Positions 18,772 through 28,327 of a DNA stretch of 53,103 bases are shown here, in pieces; within the stretch, counting starts at the first letter, position 1; the number at the start of each line of letters is the position of its first letter. The position numbers and the translations under genes were made by a program. The notes under the pieces are model-generated. The model did no database searches, had not been told where the DNA came from, and saw nothing but the letters and a program-made list of their open reading frames with translations. This DNA comes from an uncultured Ignavibacteriaceae bacterium (lineage in GTDB: Bacteria > Bacteroidota > Ignavibacteria > Tepidaquicellales > Tepidaquicellaceae): positions 1 to 53,103 of the forward strand of contig CAZOQR010000001.1 of assembly GCA_964581915.1 (NCBI GenBank). Reading direction: 5' to 3'.

Positions 18772-18919
18772 ATATTACCCCTTCTTTTTTACCCCCTAAC
18801 ATTTTACTCCCTTAGATTTATAAACAAGAAAAATGCCAGAGAAAAGCGCGTTTTTTTTATGTATTTCGGCGTTCCCTGAAAGGATTCGAAGTGAAAAACT
18901 TCATAGCATAGTCAAAATA

Positions 18920-19855
18920 TTACGTTTTTGGAGCATACAAAGTCTCCTGTTTCAAGCATTCCGATATGCCGTCAGTGTATGTTGTTGGTGTAAAAAATTC
19001 ACTCTCGAATTTGCTGCTGTCGAAAAGATAATCGTCTTCATACTGGTACATCATTTCAACAGTTTCGGCGGCAAGCGGGTCGATCAGTCCGGCAAGCCTT
19101 GTCATCCATCTTTTTATGACCCTGTATTTCGGAGCGGTATTCATTATTTCGGCGGCAAGTTTTATGTATTCCCGTCCTGTCAGAGCGCTTTTATGTGTCG
19201 GCAGATGCCATACCTGATTGTATGCTTCAGAAGTGTTTCCGAGCAGCGCAGTGGCTTTGCCTGCATCGGGAGTATAAGTAAATGAATGGAATACGTCGTC
19301 ATTGCCGAACCAGGATGCCGTTTTCTTTTCTCTGAGTTTATCGAATACGAACAATTTCAGAAGAGAATTGCCCGCATCGGGTCCGTAAAAATCGGCTGAC
19401 CTTGCAATCAGGGCTTTGATATTTCCCGCCGCCGATTCTGACAGAATCCGCTCCGAAATTCCCGCTCTTATCTCCCCCTTTTTACTAACTGGATTCGCGG
19501 GAGTACTTTCCGTCATCCATCCGTCCGTTTTTCCGTACAGGTAAACGTTATCGAAGAAAACGAGTTTTGAATTTCCCGTTTTGCACGCTTCGATAACGTT
19601 GTCAATGATTTTCGGCCAGGCGTCTTTCCAGATTTTATAATCATACTTGAGACCCGCTGTGAGGTAAACCACATCTGAATTGTCAACGGCATCAATCACG
19701 AGTTTCTTATCCGTTAAATCGCATTTAAAAAGTTCTTCGTCGCCTGTTACGTGTTTCGGATTTCGTCCCGCAAGTCTTACCTTATCCGTGTATTGCCTGA
19801 GCCTTACCGCAAGTTCCCTTCCGATTACTCCTCCCGCTCCAAGTACTGTCTGCAT
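18920..19855 (-). CDS. NAD(P)-dependent epimerase/dehydratase (extended SDR) family protein
   Basis: The Rossmann motif VLGAGGVIG follows directly after the ATG at 19855. The longer ORF-track start (20050) would overlap the divergent permease gene. Confidence 0.8.
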   Translation of the reverse strand: MQTVLGAGGVIGRELAVRLRQYTDKVRLAGRNPKHVTGDEELFKCDLTDKKLVIDAVDNSDVVYLTAGLKYDYKIWKDAWPKIIDNVIEACKTGNSKLVFFDNVYLYGKTDGWMTESTPANPVSKKGEIRAGISERILSESAAGNIKALIARSADFYGPDAGNSLLKLFVFDKLREKKTASWFGNDDVFHSFTYTPDAGKATALLGNTSEAYNQVWHLPTHKSALTGREYIKLAAEIMNTAPKYRVIKRWMTRLAGLIDPLAAETVEMMYQYEDDYLFDSSKFESEFFTPTTYTDGISECLKQETLYAPKT

Positions 19856-20004
19856 ATTTATGAATTTATGTTTACCGATATATACAGAACAAAAAACATC
19901 ACTAAGTTGTTTATTCTTTTTATTTCTTTTAAGAAATTCTTTCGCTACATTGCATAAACTTTTTATTAATAGGGTAGTTTCCCTGAGCGGGAACATAGAG
20001 ATAC

Positions 20005-21444
20005 TTGAAAAAAACTCTGCATAAAATCCACGAGAGCGGTCTCTTGACAAGGCTTGGTTTTTTCACCGCCTTAATGATAGTGATTTCTTCAATGGTAGGT
20101 TCCGGCATCTTCAAGAAAATCGCCCCGATGTCCGAGCAACTTGGCTCACCCGGACTGATACTCCTCTGCTGGCTGATACCGGGCATCATAACGATGATAG
20201 GCGCCGCGACAAACGCCGAGATAGCCAGCCTTATCGCGGAACCCGGCGGACAATACGTTTATTTCAAGAACATGTACGGAAAGCCGTTCGCTTTTCTTTA
20301 CGGGTGGAGTTGCTTTTCGGTAATACAATCGGCATCTATCGCTTCTATCGCTTACGTCTTCGCGGAGTCTGTAAACGCCGTAGTGCATCTTCCCGGTCTT
20401 CCGCCTGAGATGGAAAGTATTTCGCTGTTCGGAATATTTTATCCATTCCAGGGTTTCGGAGTAAAGGGACTTACTATCGTAACGATTCTTTTTCTCACAG
20501 CCGCGAATTATTTCGGCGTGATTTTCGGAGGAATGATTACCAACATATTCACCGCCCTCAAGATAACCGGAATCATCGTAATAATAATACTCGGACTTAC
20601 TATAAGCGGAGGCTCTGCCGAAAACGTTACGCCGGTTCTTGAGAAACCGGGTTTTCAATACGGTACGAATCTCGGACTCTTCGGCGCGATGTTCGCGGCG
20701 ATGCTCGCCGCCTTCTGGCCATATGACGGATGGAATAATATCGGTTATCTCGGCGGCGAAGTCAGGAATCCAAAAAGAAACATACCGCTGGCGCTCTTCG
20801 GCGGTGTGGCAGGCGTAATAGTTCTTTACATTGCCGTTAACTTCGCCTTTCTTTACGTGATGCCGGTCGATGAAATCGTCAGCGTGTCCTCGCAGGAACA
20901 TTCCATAATAGCGATTGAAGTGATGAGAAAATTTCTCGGCTTCGGCGGTGCTATGTTCATATCAATACTTATAATGGTCTCTACGTTCGGAACAACGAAC
21001 GGAACTATACTCGCGAGTTCAAGGATTTATTTCGCGATGGCAAAAGATAATTTGTTCTTCAGGTCGGCGGGCGCGCATCACGATAAATACCACACGCCGC
21101 ACAGGTCACTTATAATACAGGGTATATGGGCAAGTGTTCTCGTCCTTTCGGGAACATTCGACCAGTTAACCGACATGCTGATATTCGCTTCTTTCATTTT
21201 TTACGGAATGGGCGCGTTCGGTGTATTTATTCTGAGAAGAAAAATGAAAAATGTTCCGAGAGTCTTCAAGGTTCCGGGTTATCCTGTTCTTCCCGCCGTT
21301 TTTGTCCTGTTCTGCGCTACACTCGTAATCGTAACGATTATTCAGAACCCGCGCGACGCGGGAATCGGGCTCGCGCTGGTGCTCATAGGCATTCCGTTCT
21401 ACCTGTTCTGGAAAAAACGGATTGAGAGAGAAGCGGAAACCTGA
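20005..21444 (+). CDS. APC-family amino acid permease
   Basis: 479 aa with about 12 TM helices. The N-terminal MIVISSMVGSGIFK motif is typical of APC transporters. Confidence 0.85.
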   Translation: MKKTLHKIHESGLLTRLGFFTALMIVISSMVGSGIFKKIAPMSEQLGSPGLILLCWLIPGIITMIGAATNAEIASLIAEPGGQYVYFKNMYGKPFAFLYGWSCFSVIQSASIASIAYVFAESVNAVVHLPGLPPEMESISLFGIFYPFQGFGVKGLTIVTILFLTAANYFGVIFGGMITNIFTALKITGIIVIIILGLTISGGSAENVTPVLEKPGFQYGTNLGLFGAMFAAMLAAFWPYDGWNNIGYLGGEVRNPKRNIPLALFGGVAGVIVLYIAVNFAFLYVMPVDEIVSVSSQEHSIIAIEVMRKFLGFGGAMFISILIMVSTFGTTNGTILASSRIYFAMAKDNLFFRSAGAHHDKYHTPHRSLIIQGIWASVLVLSGTFDQLTDMLIFASFIFYGMGAFGVFILRRKMKNVPRVFKVPGYPVLPAVFVLFCATLVIVTIIQNPRDAGIGLALVLIGIPFYLFWKKRIEREAET

Positions 21445-21513
21445 AGATTGTGAGGATTCAGTCATAGATTTTTGCAACCAATAATTTTTCTGTTTACACA
21501 AACAAATATAGTT

Positions 21514-22008
21514 ATGGATTCTGTCTTGTTTGAAAAAATGTCCGGAGAACACAGAATTGATATAATGGACATTTATAATTATTACGCCGAGAACAGCATG
21601 TCCGCTTATTCGGAAAAGAAACTTCCGTACGATTATTACGAAAGGATACTGGAAATGACAGGGGGATACCCCGCTTACGCGATAAAGTCGGATGATAAAG
21701 TTGCGGGATTCTGTTTCTTGCGTGCTTACAATCCTTTTCCCGCGTTCAAGGCAGCCGCGGAAATAACTTATTTTCTTCATAAAGATTTTTCTGGCAAAGG
21801 CATTGGAAAACTCGCGCTTGACAAACTGGAGAAGGATGCCGCCGCTATGGGCATAGATACTCTGCTCGCGAGCATAACATCAGAAAATATTCTGAGTCTT
21901 CGGTTCCACGAAAAATACGGATTCACGGTTTGCGGAAGATTCAAGGGCATAGGAAAGAAATTCGGAAAGAGTTTCGACATAGTATGGATGGAAAAGAAGT
22001 TGCGTTAA
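21514..22008 (+). CDS. GNAT family N-acetyltransferase
   Basis: GKGIGKLALDKLE acetyl-CoA-binding motif. Start chosen at ATG 21514 (MDSVLFEKM...). Confidence 0.8.
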   Translation: MDSVLFEKMSGEHRIDIMDIYNYYAENSMSAYSEKKLPYDYYERILEMTGGYPAYAIKSDDKVAGFCFLRAYNPFPAFKAAAEITYFLHKDFSGKGIGKLALDKLEKDAAAMGIDTLLASITSENILSLRFHEKYGFTVCGRFKGIGKKFGKSFDIVWMEKKLR

Positions 22009-22039
22009 AATCACGATTCAACCCGGGTTACCTTTAAAA

Positions 22040-22068
22040 CTGCCGAAACCGGAAAACGGCTTCGGCAG
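22040..22068 (-). terminator. hairpin downstream of pfkA
   Basis: CTGCCGAA-ACCG-GAAAA-CGG-CTTCGGCAG. On the minus strand it is followed by GTTTTAAAGG. Confidence 0.5.
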
Positions 22069-22091
22069 ATATCGGAAATCCTGCGTGTTAG

Positions 22092-23123
22092 TTATTTGAA
22101 GAAGACTTTCGCCGCTTTATATATGTCCAGTTCGACAGTTTTAAGTTTGCTTATCGCTTTCTTGATTGGAATGTCTACGATATCCGCTCCCTGAAGAGCG
22201 CACATTCTTCCGAATTTCTTTTCGGTCACCATTTCCACCGCATATATGCCGAATCGCGTTCCCAGAACCCTGTCGAATGCTGTCGGAACTCCGCCTCTCT
22301 GCACGTGTCCGAGAATCGTCGTGCGCGTGTCGAACCCCGTTCGCTTTTCGATTTCATTCGCGAGATAATAACTTATGCCGCCGAGTCTCGCGCGTCCGAA
22401 CTCGTCTTTCTTCCTGCCTTCTTCGTCAATCTGAAGTTCTTCAAGAAGATACTCCGCGCCTTCGGCAACAACTATTATCGAAAAGAGTTTTCCCCTCTTG
22501 TAACGGCTCTTAAGTACCTCGCAGACATCGTCTATCTTCACTTTCTTTTCAGGTATTACAATCGCGTCCGCGCCGCCCGCGATGCCCGAATAAAGTGCAA
22601 TCCATCCCGCGTGCCTTCCCATAACCTCAAGAATCATTACCCTGTGGTGGGATTCGGCCGTCGTGTGAAGCCTGTCGATTGCATCGGTTGCAATCTGCAC
22701 GGCCGTATCGAATCCGAAAGTATAGTCTGTTCCGTTCAAATCGTTATCAATTGTTTTCGGAACGCCGACTACGTTAATGCCGAGTTCGTGGCACTGAAGG
22801 GCGATATGCATCGAACCTTCGCCGCCGATGGCTATCAATGCATCGAATTCCGCTCGCGCCACCTTGTGCTGGAGTATCTCCGCCCCGTTATCCTGCTGAA
22901 ACGGACCGAACCTCGAAGTGCCTAAAATCGTGCCTCCGCGGTTAACTATACCCGCGACGCTCTTGAGGTCGAGTTTCATGTAACTCTCGTCGAACAGCCC
23001 TTTCCAGCCGTTGAGTATCCCGATTATTTCATACCCGTCCTGGTCCCCTTTTCTTGTGATAGCCCTGATAACGGCGTTAAGACCCGGACAGTCTCCGCCT
23101 GATGTCAATACTCCAATTTTCAT
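22092..23123 (-). CDS. pfkA: 6-phosphofructokinase (PfkA family, short actinobacterial-like type)
   Basis: MKIGVLTSGGDCPGLNAVIRA, IGGEGS and PKTIDNDL motifs; 343 aa. Confidence 0.9.
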   Translation of the reverse strand: MKIGVLTSGGDCPGLNAVIRAITRKGDQDGYEIIGILNGWKGLFDESYMKLDLKSVAGIVNRGGTILGTSRFGPFQQDNGAEILQHKVARAEFDALIAIGGEGSMHIALQCHELGINVVGVPKTIDNDLNGTDYTFGFDTAVQIATDAIDRLHTTAESHHRVMILEVMGRHAGWIALYSGIAGGADAIVIPEKKVKIDDVCEVLKSRYKRGKLFSIIVVAEGAEYLLEELQIDEEGRKKDEFGRARLGGISYYLANEIEKRTGFDTRTTILGHVQRGGVPTAFDRVLGTRFGIYAVEMVTEKKFGRMCALQGADIVDIPIKKAISKLKTVELDIYKAAKVFFK

Positions 23124-23172
23124 TTATATCTCCCGATTATTTTAAGTTCGGATTATTTTCGTTAATATAAAT

Positions 23173-23214
23173 AACCTGTTTAAAATGAAACAGGGTTCAA
23201 ACAAGAACCCTGTT
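23173..23214 (-). terminator. three-arm hairpin element between pfp and pfkA (terminator with alternative pairing)
   Basis: On the minus strand, CAGGGTT-N8-AACCCTG is followed by TTTCATTTT. The 3-prime arm plus the U-tract can instead pair with the downstream AAACAGGTT. Confidence 0.5.
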
Positions 23215-23235
23215 ATATTAATTTGCTGATGCATT

Positions 23236-24558
23236 TTAATTTTTCTTTTCCGCCTTGGACTTCTGTTCCTTTTGTTTCTTTTCCCTGACGGGTGGATCGT
23301 TTATGAGATACTTGTATTTATCCTCGAATTCCTCCGTTGTCATGTTTCCAATCAGTCCGAGACGCGCGACGTTTTTCACTTCGTCGAAATCAGTCTTTTC
23401 CAGCCTTATCATGTACTTTCGCGCTACCTGATAACTGTCGGAATTGACGTCCACTTCACGCGTGTTGATTCTTCCGTCTGCATTAATTATATCCTCGAAC
23501 TTAACCGGTATCAACTGTCCCTTGTCAACCGTTACGATTGCGCCCGAGTGTCCCGATAGGAGATACCTTACGGCGGCATAACCGAGGTCCTGCGTGTACT
23601 CGCAGTCGTAAGGAATCGGAGCCGCGCATCTTAGTTCGTAACCGATATCCTTGCTTACTATGGTTACGTTAATCCCTCTTTCCCTTAGTCTTCTGCGAAC
23701 TTCGTCTTTCGTTATCCTGCCGATATCTATTTCCGAAAGCCTGATATTGCCGTGCAGGTCCTTTTCAAGGTTAACGTAAGGATGGTTCTTGAGTTCTTCC
23801 TGGTCGATTCTCGTGATGATTCCCTCCGCGAGTATGGCTACGCCGTAAGGATTACCCTGCGCGAGCCTCTTTATTATTGACGCTTCAAGTATGTCGCACA
23901 CCGTTTCGAAACTGATTGTCTTGTCCCTGAACTCTTCTCCGATTATCGTAAGCGTCGCGCCTGCCGATTTGCCGATTCCGAGCGCGAGATGTCCCGCCTT
24001 GCGGCCCATCGTCACGACGTAATACCAGCGTCTCGTCGTTGATGCGTCAACCATTAAAGACTGCACTATGTGAAATCCGAAATCCCTTGCCGTCTGATAG
24101 CCGAACGTCGGCATGTTGCCGGGAAGCGGCAGATCGTTGTCGATTGTCTTCGGAACGTGCGCAACCTGTATCTGTCCTTTCGTAAGCGTGTCGATTTTGT
24201 AAGCGCTTGTCGCCGTATCGTCGCCGCCAATCGTTACGAGATAGTCAACTGATAACTGCGTGAGAGCCTTGATTGTAGCGTCGAGCATTTCCTTATTCTT
24301 TGCAGGATTGACTCTTGATGTGTGGAGAATGCTGCCGCCGTCGAAGTGTATTCTCGATACGTCGTCAATTCTCAGTTCAGTAACATGGCTCGAATCTCCC
24401 TTGCTGAGATATTCGAATCCGTCATAAATACCGATGACGTTGAGACCTGAATTAATCGCTTCGATGGTAACGGAGCGAATAACCCCGTTAATTCCCGGAG
24501 CAGGTCCCCCGCCGACTAGTATGGCTAATGTTTTCTTTCTGTAGTGGTCTTCGCTCAT
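23236..24558 (-). CDS. pfp: pyrophosphate-dependent phosphofructokinase (diphosphate--fructose-6-phosphate 1-phosphotransferase)
   Basis: GGGPAPGINGVIRS, IGGDDT (Asp at the E. coli G104 position) and PKTIDNDL (Lys at the G124 position) are the classical PPi-PFK signature. Confidence 0.85.
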   Translation of the reverse strand: MSEDHYRKKTLAILVGGGPAPGINGVIRSVTIEAINSGLNVIGIYDGFEYLSKGDSSHVTELRIDDVSRIHFDGGSILHTSRVNPAKNKEMLDATIKALTQLSVDYLVTIGGDDTATSAYKIDTLTKGQIQVAHVPKTIDNDLPLPGNMPTFGYQTARDFGFHIVQSLMVDASTTRRWYYVVTMGRKAGHLALGIGKSAGATLTIIGEEFRDKTISFETVCDILEASIIKRLAQGNPYGVAILAEGIITRIDQEELKNHPYVNLEKDLHGNIRLSEIDIGRITKDEVRRRLRERGINVTIVSKDIGYELRCAAPIPYDCEYTQDLGYAAVRYLLSGHSGAIVTVDKGQLIPVKFEDIINADGRINTREVDVNSDSYQVARKYMIRLEKTDFDEVKNVARLGLIGNMTTEEFEDKYKYLINDPPVREKKQKEQKSKAEKKN

Positions 24559-24592
24559 AATATGTTTAAAGTTTGTGATTTCTGTAAGGTAT

Positions 24593-27010
24593 CTACAAAT
24601 TTACTAAATTATTCTTATTTCTTATAGTGATAAATATCATCGCAAAAAGGTAATATACGCCCGCAAAGAAGAATACCAGTTTGAACCCGAACATCATCGC
24701 GAAAATCATTGTTAAAACAGTACCTAAGACGGAGAAAAATCCGTTCACTGCCCAGGAAAATCCTATCATTCTTGAATCGTCGTTCGCAATCAGTGAAATG
24801 CCTTTCGGGAACGGCATTCCCATGAAAAATGAAAGCGGGGCAAGGAGTATTACCGTTATTATTATTCTCAGGAATAAACTCAAAGAAACCATCGATGCGA
24901 ACAGGACCGGAATCAGCAGCCCGAGTATCATAATGTAACCCGCGACAATCAGGAATATATAACCTGGTTTGAACTTTCCCGTGAACCTGCCGGAATATTT
25001 TGCTCCGATGCCGGAAAATATCAGCATCGTTGAAACTACGGTCAGCAGTGTATAAACCGGCTGCCCGAGAAACAGAGTGAATTTTTGTATCAAAGCAATC
25101 TGAATCGATATGTATCCGAGGCCAATCAAGGCAAAGTAAAACAGAAACTTTCTGTCAACTTTTTTCTTTTCATCCCCCTTGATGAAGAACGACGGTATGA
25201 TTATAAGTACTCCTGCGACAAGCAGAATTTGCGCGAGCATCATTAGAAGCGTTACCTGCGCGACAGGCTTTGATTTCAAAGCGAGAATCGCCTTGTCGTC
25301 CTGCGAAAAAACTTCCTTAATCGTCTGTCCGTTAACGTCTGAGAACCGGAAGTTATCGTCGAAGAACGGCTTGTCGTCAGTAGCGGGAGTAAGCAATGAC
25401 GGTATTTTTCCGATTTCCGAACGAATGTCTTTCGAAGTAATCAGGTTCTTGTAAATATTATCCTGACTCGTAAGCGGATCGTACTCGATATCAAGATTCA
25501 GAAAGGATGCTTCGTTACGCATCGCCATCATATCCGACAATTCAAAACCGTTCTTCTTGTAAACCACTCCTGACAGGTAACTGTTTGTGACTTCGTATTC
25601 TGTAGGAGGACGCCTGAACACGACGAAATTTAGTTCGTCATTCTTTATTCCGAGTTCGCTGCCCGCCTCTTTTAAGGTGGCTATCAGTTTCGGCAACTGG
25701 GTCTCGGGTCTGGATATATACATCGTTCCCTTATCGTCAAGGTGCCTGAGATAATCCTTAACCGCTTCCTTTGTCATTATGTAGTTTTCAACCATCGACA
25801 TCGCTCCGCTTGAAACAGCGGACGCCGAGATCGTGTGCGCCGAAATTATAACGTCGTAATGCTCTTTGCTTCTTCTTATGAACGAGCGCGCGTCGTCCGT
25901 AACAATTTCAACGTTCGGATTATTCTTAATGAGCGGACCTGTCCAGCCCGCCATCGTTTCCGAGATTAACTTATTAAGTATGCCGTTTATTTCGACACCC
26001 GTAACTTTCTTCGCGTTGTGATACAAACTCACCAGCACTTCTCCGCCGCCGCCCGAACCGAGAATAAAGACCCTGTCGCAGGAATCTTTCCCCGCAAACG
26101 CGAGATTTGAAGCGTCATAAGGCTTCGTCGGAGGCGGCAGCCTCCGCACGTTCGGTATGTTTGTTGTCGCGTTTCCTTCGTCTATTATCGCGAGATATAT
26201 ATTGTATCCGTCGGGAGAAGGGTCCTCTTCCTTCATCACGTCAATTTTCGATATGGTGTTCCATTCCGAATGGACATTAAGGTCGGGACGCTCCGCAATG
26301 TAATTCGCGTAAATCTTGTTTGGAGTTACCCTGATGTTCAGTATTTCATCCTTCTTAATCAGAAAGGCAAATACGAAAATCATCAGCACCATCCCCGTCA
26401 GGAACAGTGTTCGCTCCTTCTTGAAACTGAAGAACATCGCGCCGAGAAATCCGAGAGCCGATACGAAAACGAGCGTGCCGTTGCCGCCTGTAAGCGGAAT
26501 AAGCAGCACGAACGCGAAACAGGCAAGACCCGCGCCAGTAAGGTCGAAGAAATACAATCTGGAAACATCAGCGGTAAATCTCGTAAGAAGCGTTGATATT
26601 ATCAGCCCCGAAAAAAAGAACGGAATTGCAATCAGTATGTAATAAACAGGTATTATTACGAACTGTATCTTCTGCGTGAACAGGCTGAACGGGTCAATAG
26701 GTATGTAGTATGATATAATGAACGTGAGAAGTACACTCGCGGCGTAAATCATCGACATTATCGATAGCATTTTATCCGCGGGCTTCTGAAAGAACTTTGG
26801 AAACAACGAGAGCGCGACTCCGCTGACGCCTATTCCAAGCAGTGCGACGCTGATTATCATAAAAGCGAAATGATACCACAACGAAACGGAGAGTATGCGC
26901 GTGAGCGTGTATTCGTGCAAAAGCGAAGCCATCGATATTACGAAAATACCGAGTAAATGCCCGGTATTGAGTTTGTCTTTCAGGTATTCAGGGATTACTT
27001 TTTTTGACAT
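24593..27010 (-). CDS. polytopic membrane protein with embedded spermidine synthase-like methyltransferase-fold domain
   Basis: 805 aa. About 7 N-terminal and about 6 C-terminal TM helices flank ILGSGGGGEVLV...VEING...DDARSF...YDVIISAHT. Confidence 0.75.
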   Translation of the reverse strand: MSKKVIPEYLKDKLNTGHLLGIFVISMASLLHEYTLTRILSVSLWYHFAFMIISVALLGIGVSGVALSLFPKFFQKPADKMLSIMSMIYAASVLLTFIISYYIPIDPFSLFTQKIQFVIIPVYYILIAIPFFFSGLIISTLLTRFTADVSRLYFFDLTGAGLACFAFVLLIPLTGGNGTLVFVSALGFLGAMFFSFKKERTLFLTGMVLMIFVFAFLIKKDEILNIRVTPNKIYANYIAERPDLNVHSEWNTISKIDVMKEEDPSPDGYNIYLAIIDEGNATTNIPNVRRLPPPTKPYDASNLAFAGKDSCDRVFILGSGGGGEVLVSLYHNAKKVTGVEINGILNKLISETMAGWTGPLIKNNPNVEIVTDDARSFIRRSKEHYDVIISAHTISASAVSSGAMSMVENYIMTKEAVKDYLRHLDDKGTMYISRPETQLPKLIATLKEAGSELGIKNDELNFVVFRRPPTEYEVTNSYLSGVVYKKNGFELSDMMAMRNEASFLNLDIEYDPLTSQDNIYKNLITSKDIRSEIGKIPSLLTPATDDKPFFDDNFRFSDVNGQTIKEVFSQDDKAILALKSKPVAQVTLLMMLAQILLVAGVLIIIPSFFIKGDEKKKVDRKFLFYFALIGLGYISIQIALIQKFTLFLGQPVYTLLTVVSTMLIFSGIGAKYSGRFTGKFKPGYIFLIVAGYIMILGLLIPVLFASMVSLSLFLRIIITVILLAPLSFFMGMPFPKGISLIANDDSRMIGFSWAVNGFFSVLGTVLTMIFAMMFGFKLVFFFAGVYYLFAMIFITIRNKNNLVNL

Positions 27011-27160
27011 AATTTATACCGTTAGTTATACATCCCGTAAAATCTGAAAATCCACGCACAATATAAATGTATAAATCAATTAGCAGTCAATATTTGACTG
27101 TTAGAGCGGAAGCCGAATATTCGACCAAATAAAATTTCAATAATAATTTTACATTTTCAC

Positions 27161-28318
27161 CTATTTCCCGTACAGCAGACACGAACATACATCCCAGGTA
27201 ATCGAAGCCGCTACTCTTGATGTTGAAATATCCGGTTTTGTGATTATAGTGCTGCTCATATAAGCAAGACTCACGCCGAGCGCCTTATATTTATAAGTTG
27301 CTCCAAACGTCAGAAAATACTGGTCGTAACTTCCAATCGGATCAATATTGAAGTTGGCGCCCTTATCGTTCGTGCGGTAATCAAGCAGCGTAAAGAATCC
27401 CGCCCTCACCGCAAGTTCAGGCTCCAGTTGATACTGCACGCCGAAATTTATATCGTGCCTGTCTTTGAACATATATGACCTTGATGTGTTCGCGAACCTG
27501 TAATCGAGATTAAACAGAAGTTTGTTTTGAAGAAATCTGAATTCCGTTCCGACATTAACTTTTGCCGGAAAATATACAGGCGCGACGGGGTCATTCGCAT
27601 TGTCCCATTTCACGTTCTCCTGATACGGCGGCGAATAAGTAACGCCGAATGAAAATTGCTCGAAGGGCATTACGATAACTCCGAGCGTCGGAATGAATTT
27701 CCAGAAACTGACGTTGTTGTCGCCTTCGCCTGTCTGATTTAAATAGGGAAAGTTGTTAAATCCTTTATAATTTACCGCCGCGAGTTCGACGCCCGCTCTG
27801 AACCTTTTAGTCCTGTAAGCAATCGGCACAGATATCGTATGGGTCGTGTATTTTTCGACGCCCTGATACGAACCGATCGTCTGTCCGAATTCATTTGTTC
27901 TGATAATCTCGCCGTAATCCAGTTTAAAACTGTTGTCGTTGCGGTACGAAATTCCCGTGAACAGATTATCTCCCGCCTTCCAGCCTATCCCGACTGACAT
28001 TTCAGGATGAACCTGTTTTAGATACATGTCATCCGTAAGTGTAGGAAGCCACTTCACTCTCGATTTAATCTCGTACGAACCCGACACCTGAAATTTTTCA
28101 AGCAGTACAAGGCTCGCGGGATTAAGAGAAACTCCGTTTATGTCGTTCATCGCTGCTACGCCCGTATAACCCTTCCCGGCGTTCACGGCAGCCAGTCTGT
28201 TCTCGGCGAAAAAATCCCAGAAAGGATTCACTGTACTGTTCTGTGTCTGTGCCGGCTGTGAGAAACAAGAGACGGCAGAAACAAGAAGGCAAAAGACTAA
28301 CGTTAGTGATTTCATCAT
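27161..28318 (-). CDS. outer-membrane beta-barrel protein (FadL/PorV-like)
   Basis: Signal peptide, an NPASL motif near the N-terminus (compare the FadL-family NPA hatch motif) and an alternating strand pattern. The family call is tentative. Confidence 0.55.
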   Translation of the reverse strand: MMKSLTLVFCLLVSAVSCFSQPAQTQNSTVNPFWDFFAENRLAAVNAGKGYTGVAAMNDINGVSLNPASLVLLEKFQVSGSYEIKSRVKWLPTLTDDMYLKQVHPEMSVGIGWKAGDNLFTGISYRNDNSFKLDYGEIIRTNEFGQTIGSYQGVEKYTTHTISVPIAYRTKRFRAGVELAAVNYKGFNNFPYLNQTGEGDNNVSFWKFIPTLGVIVMPFEQFSFGVTYSPPYQENVKWDNANDPVAPVYFPAKVNVGTEFRFLQNKLLFNLDYRFANTSRSYMFKDRHDINFGVQYQLEPELAVRAGFFTLLDYRTNDKGANFNIDPIGSYDQYFLTFGATYKYKALGVSLAYMSSTIITKPDISTSRVAASITWDVCSCLLYGK

Positions 28319-28327
28319 TGATATCTC

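Noticed and set aside
19856-20050. N-terminal extension of the SDR gene in the ORF track
   Set aside because: The Rossmann GxGxxG motif follows the internal ATG at 19855. The extension would overlap the divergent permease gene and its promoter region.
20146-20901. 251-aa ORF on the - strand
   Set aside because: It is antisense to the APC permease gene. It has no recognisable motifs and a composition typical of a shadow frame.
22305-22925. 206-aa ORF on the + strand
   Set aside because: It is antisense to pfkA; shadow ORF.
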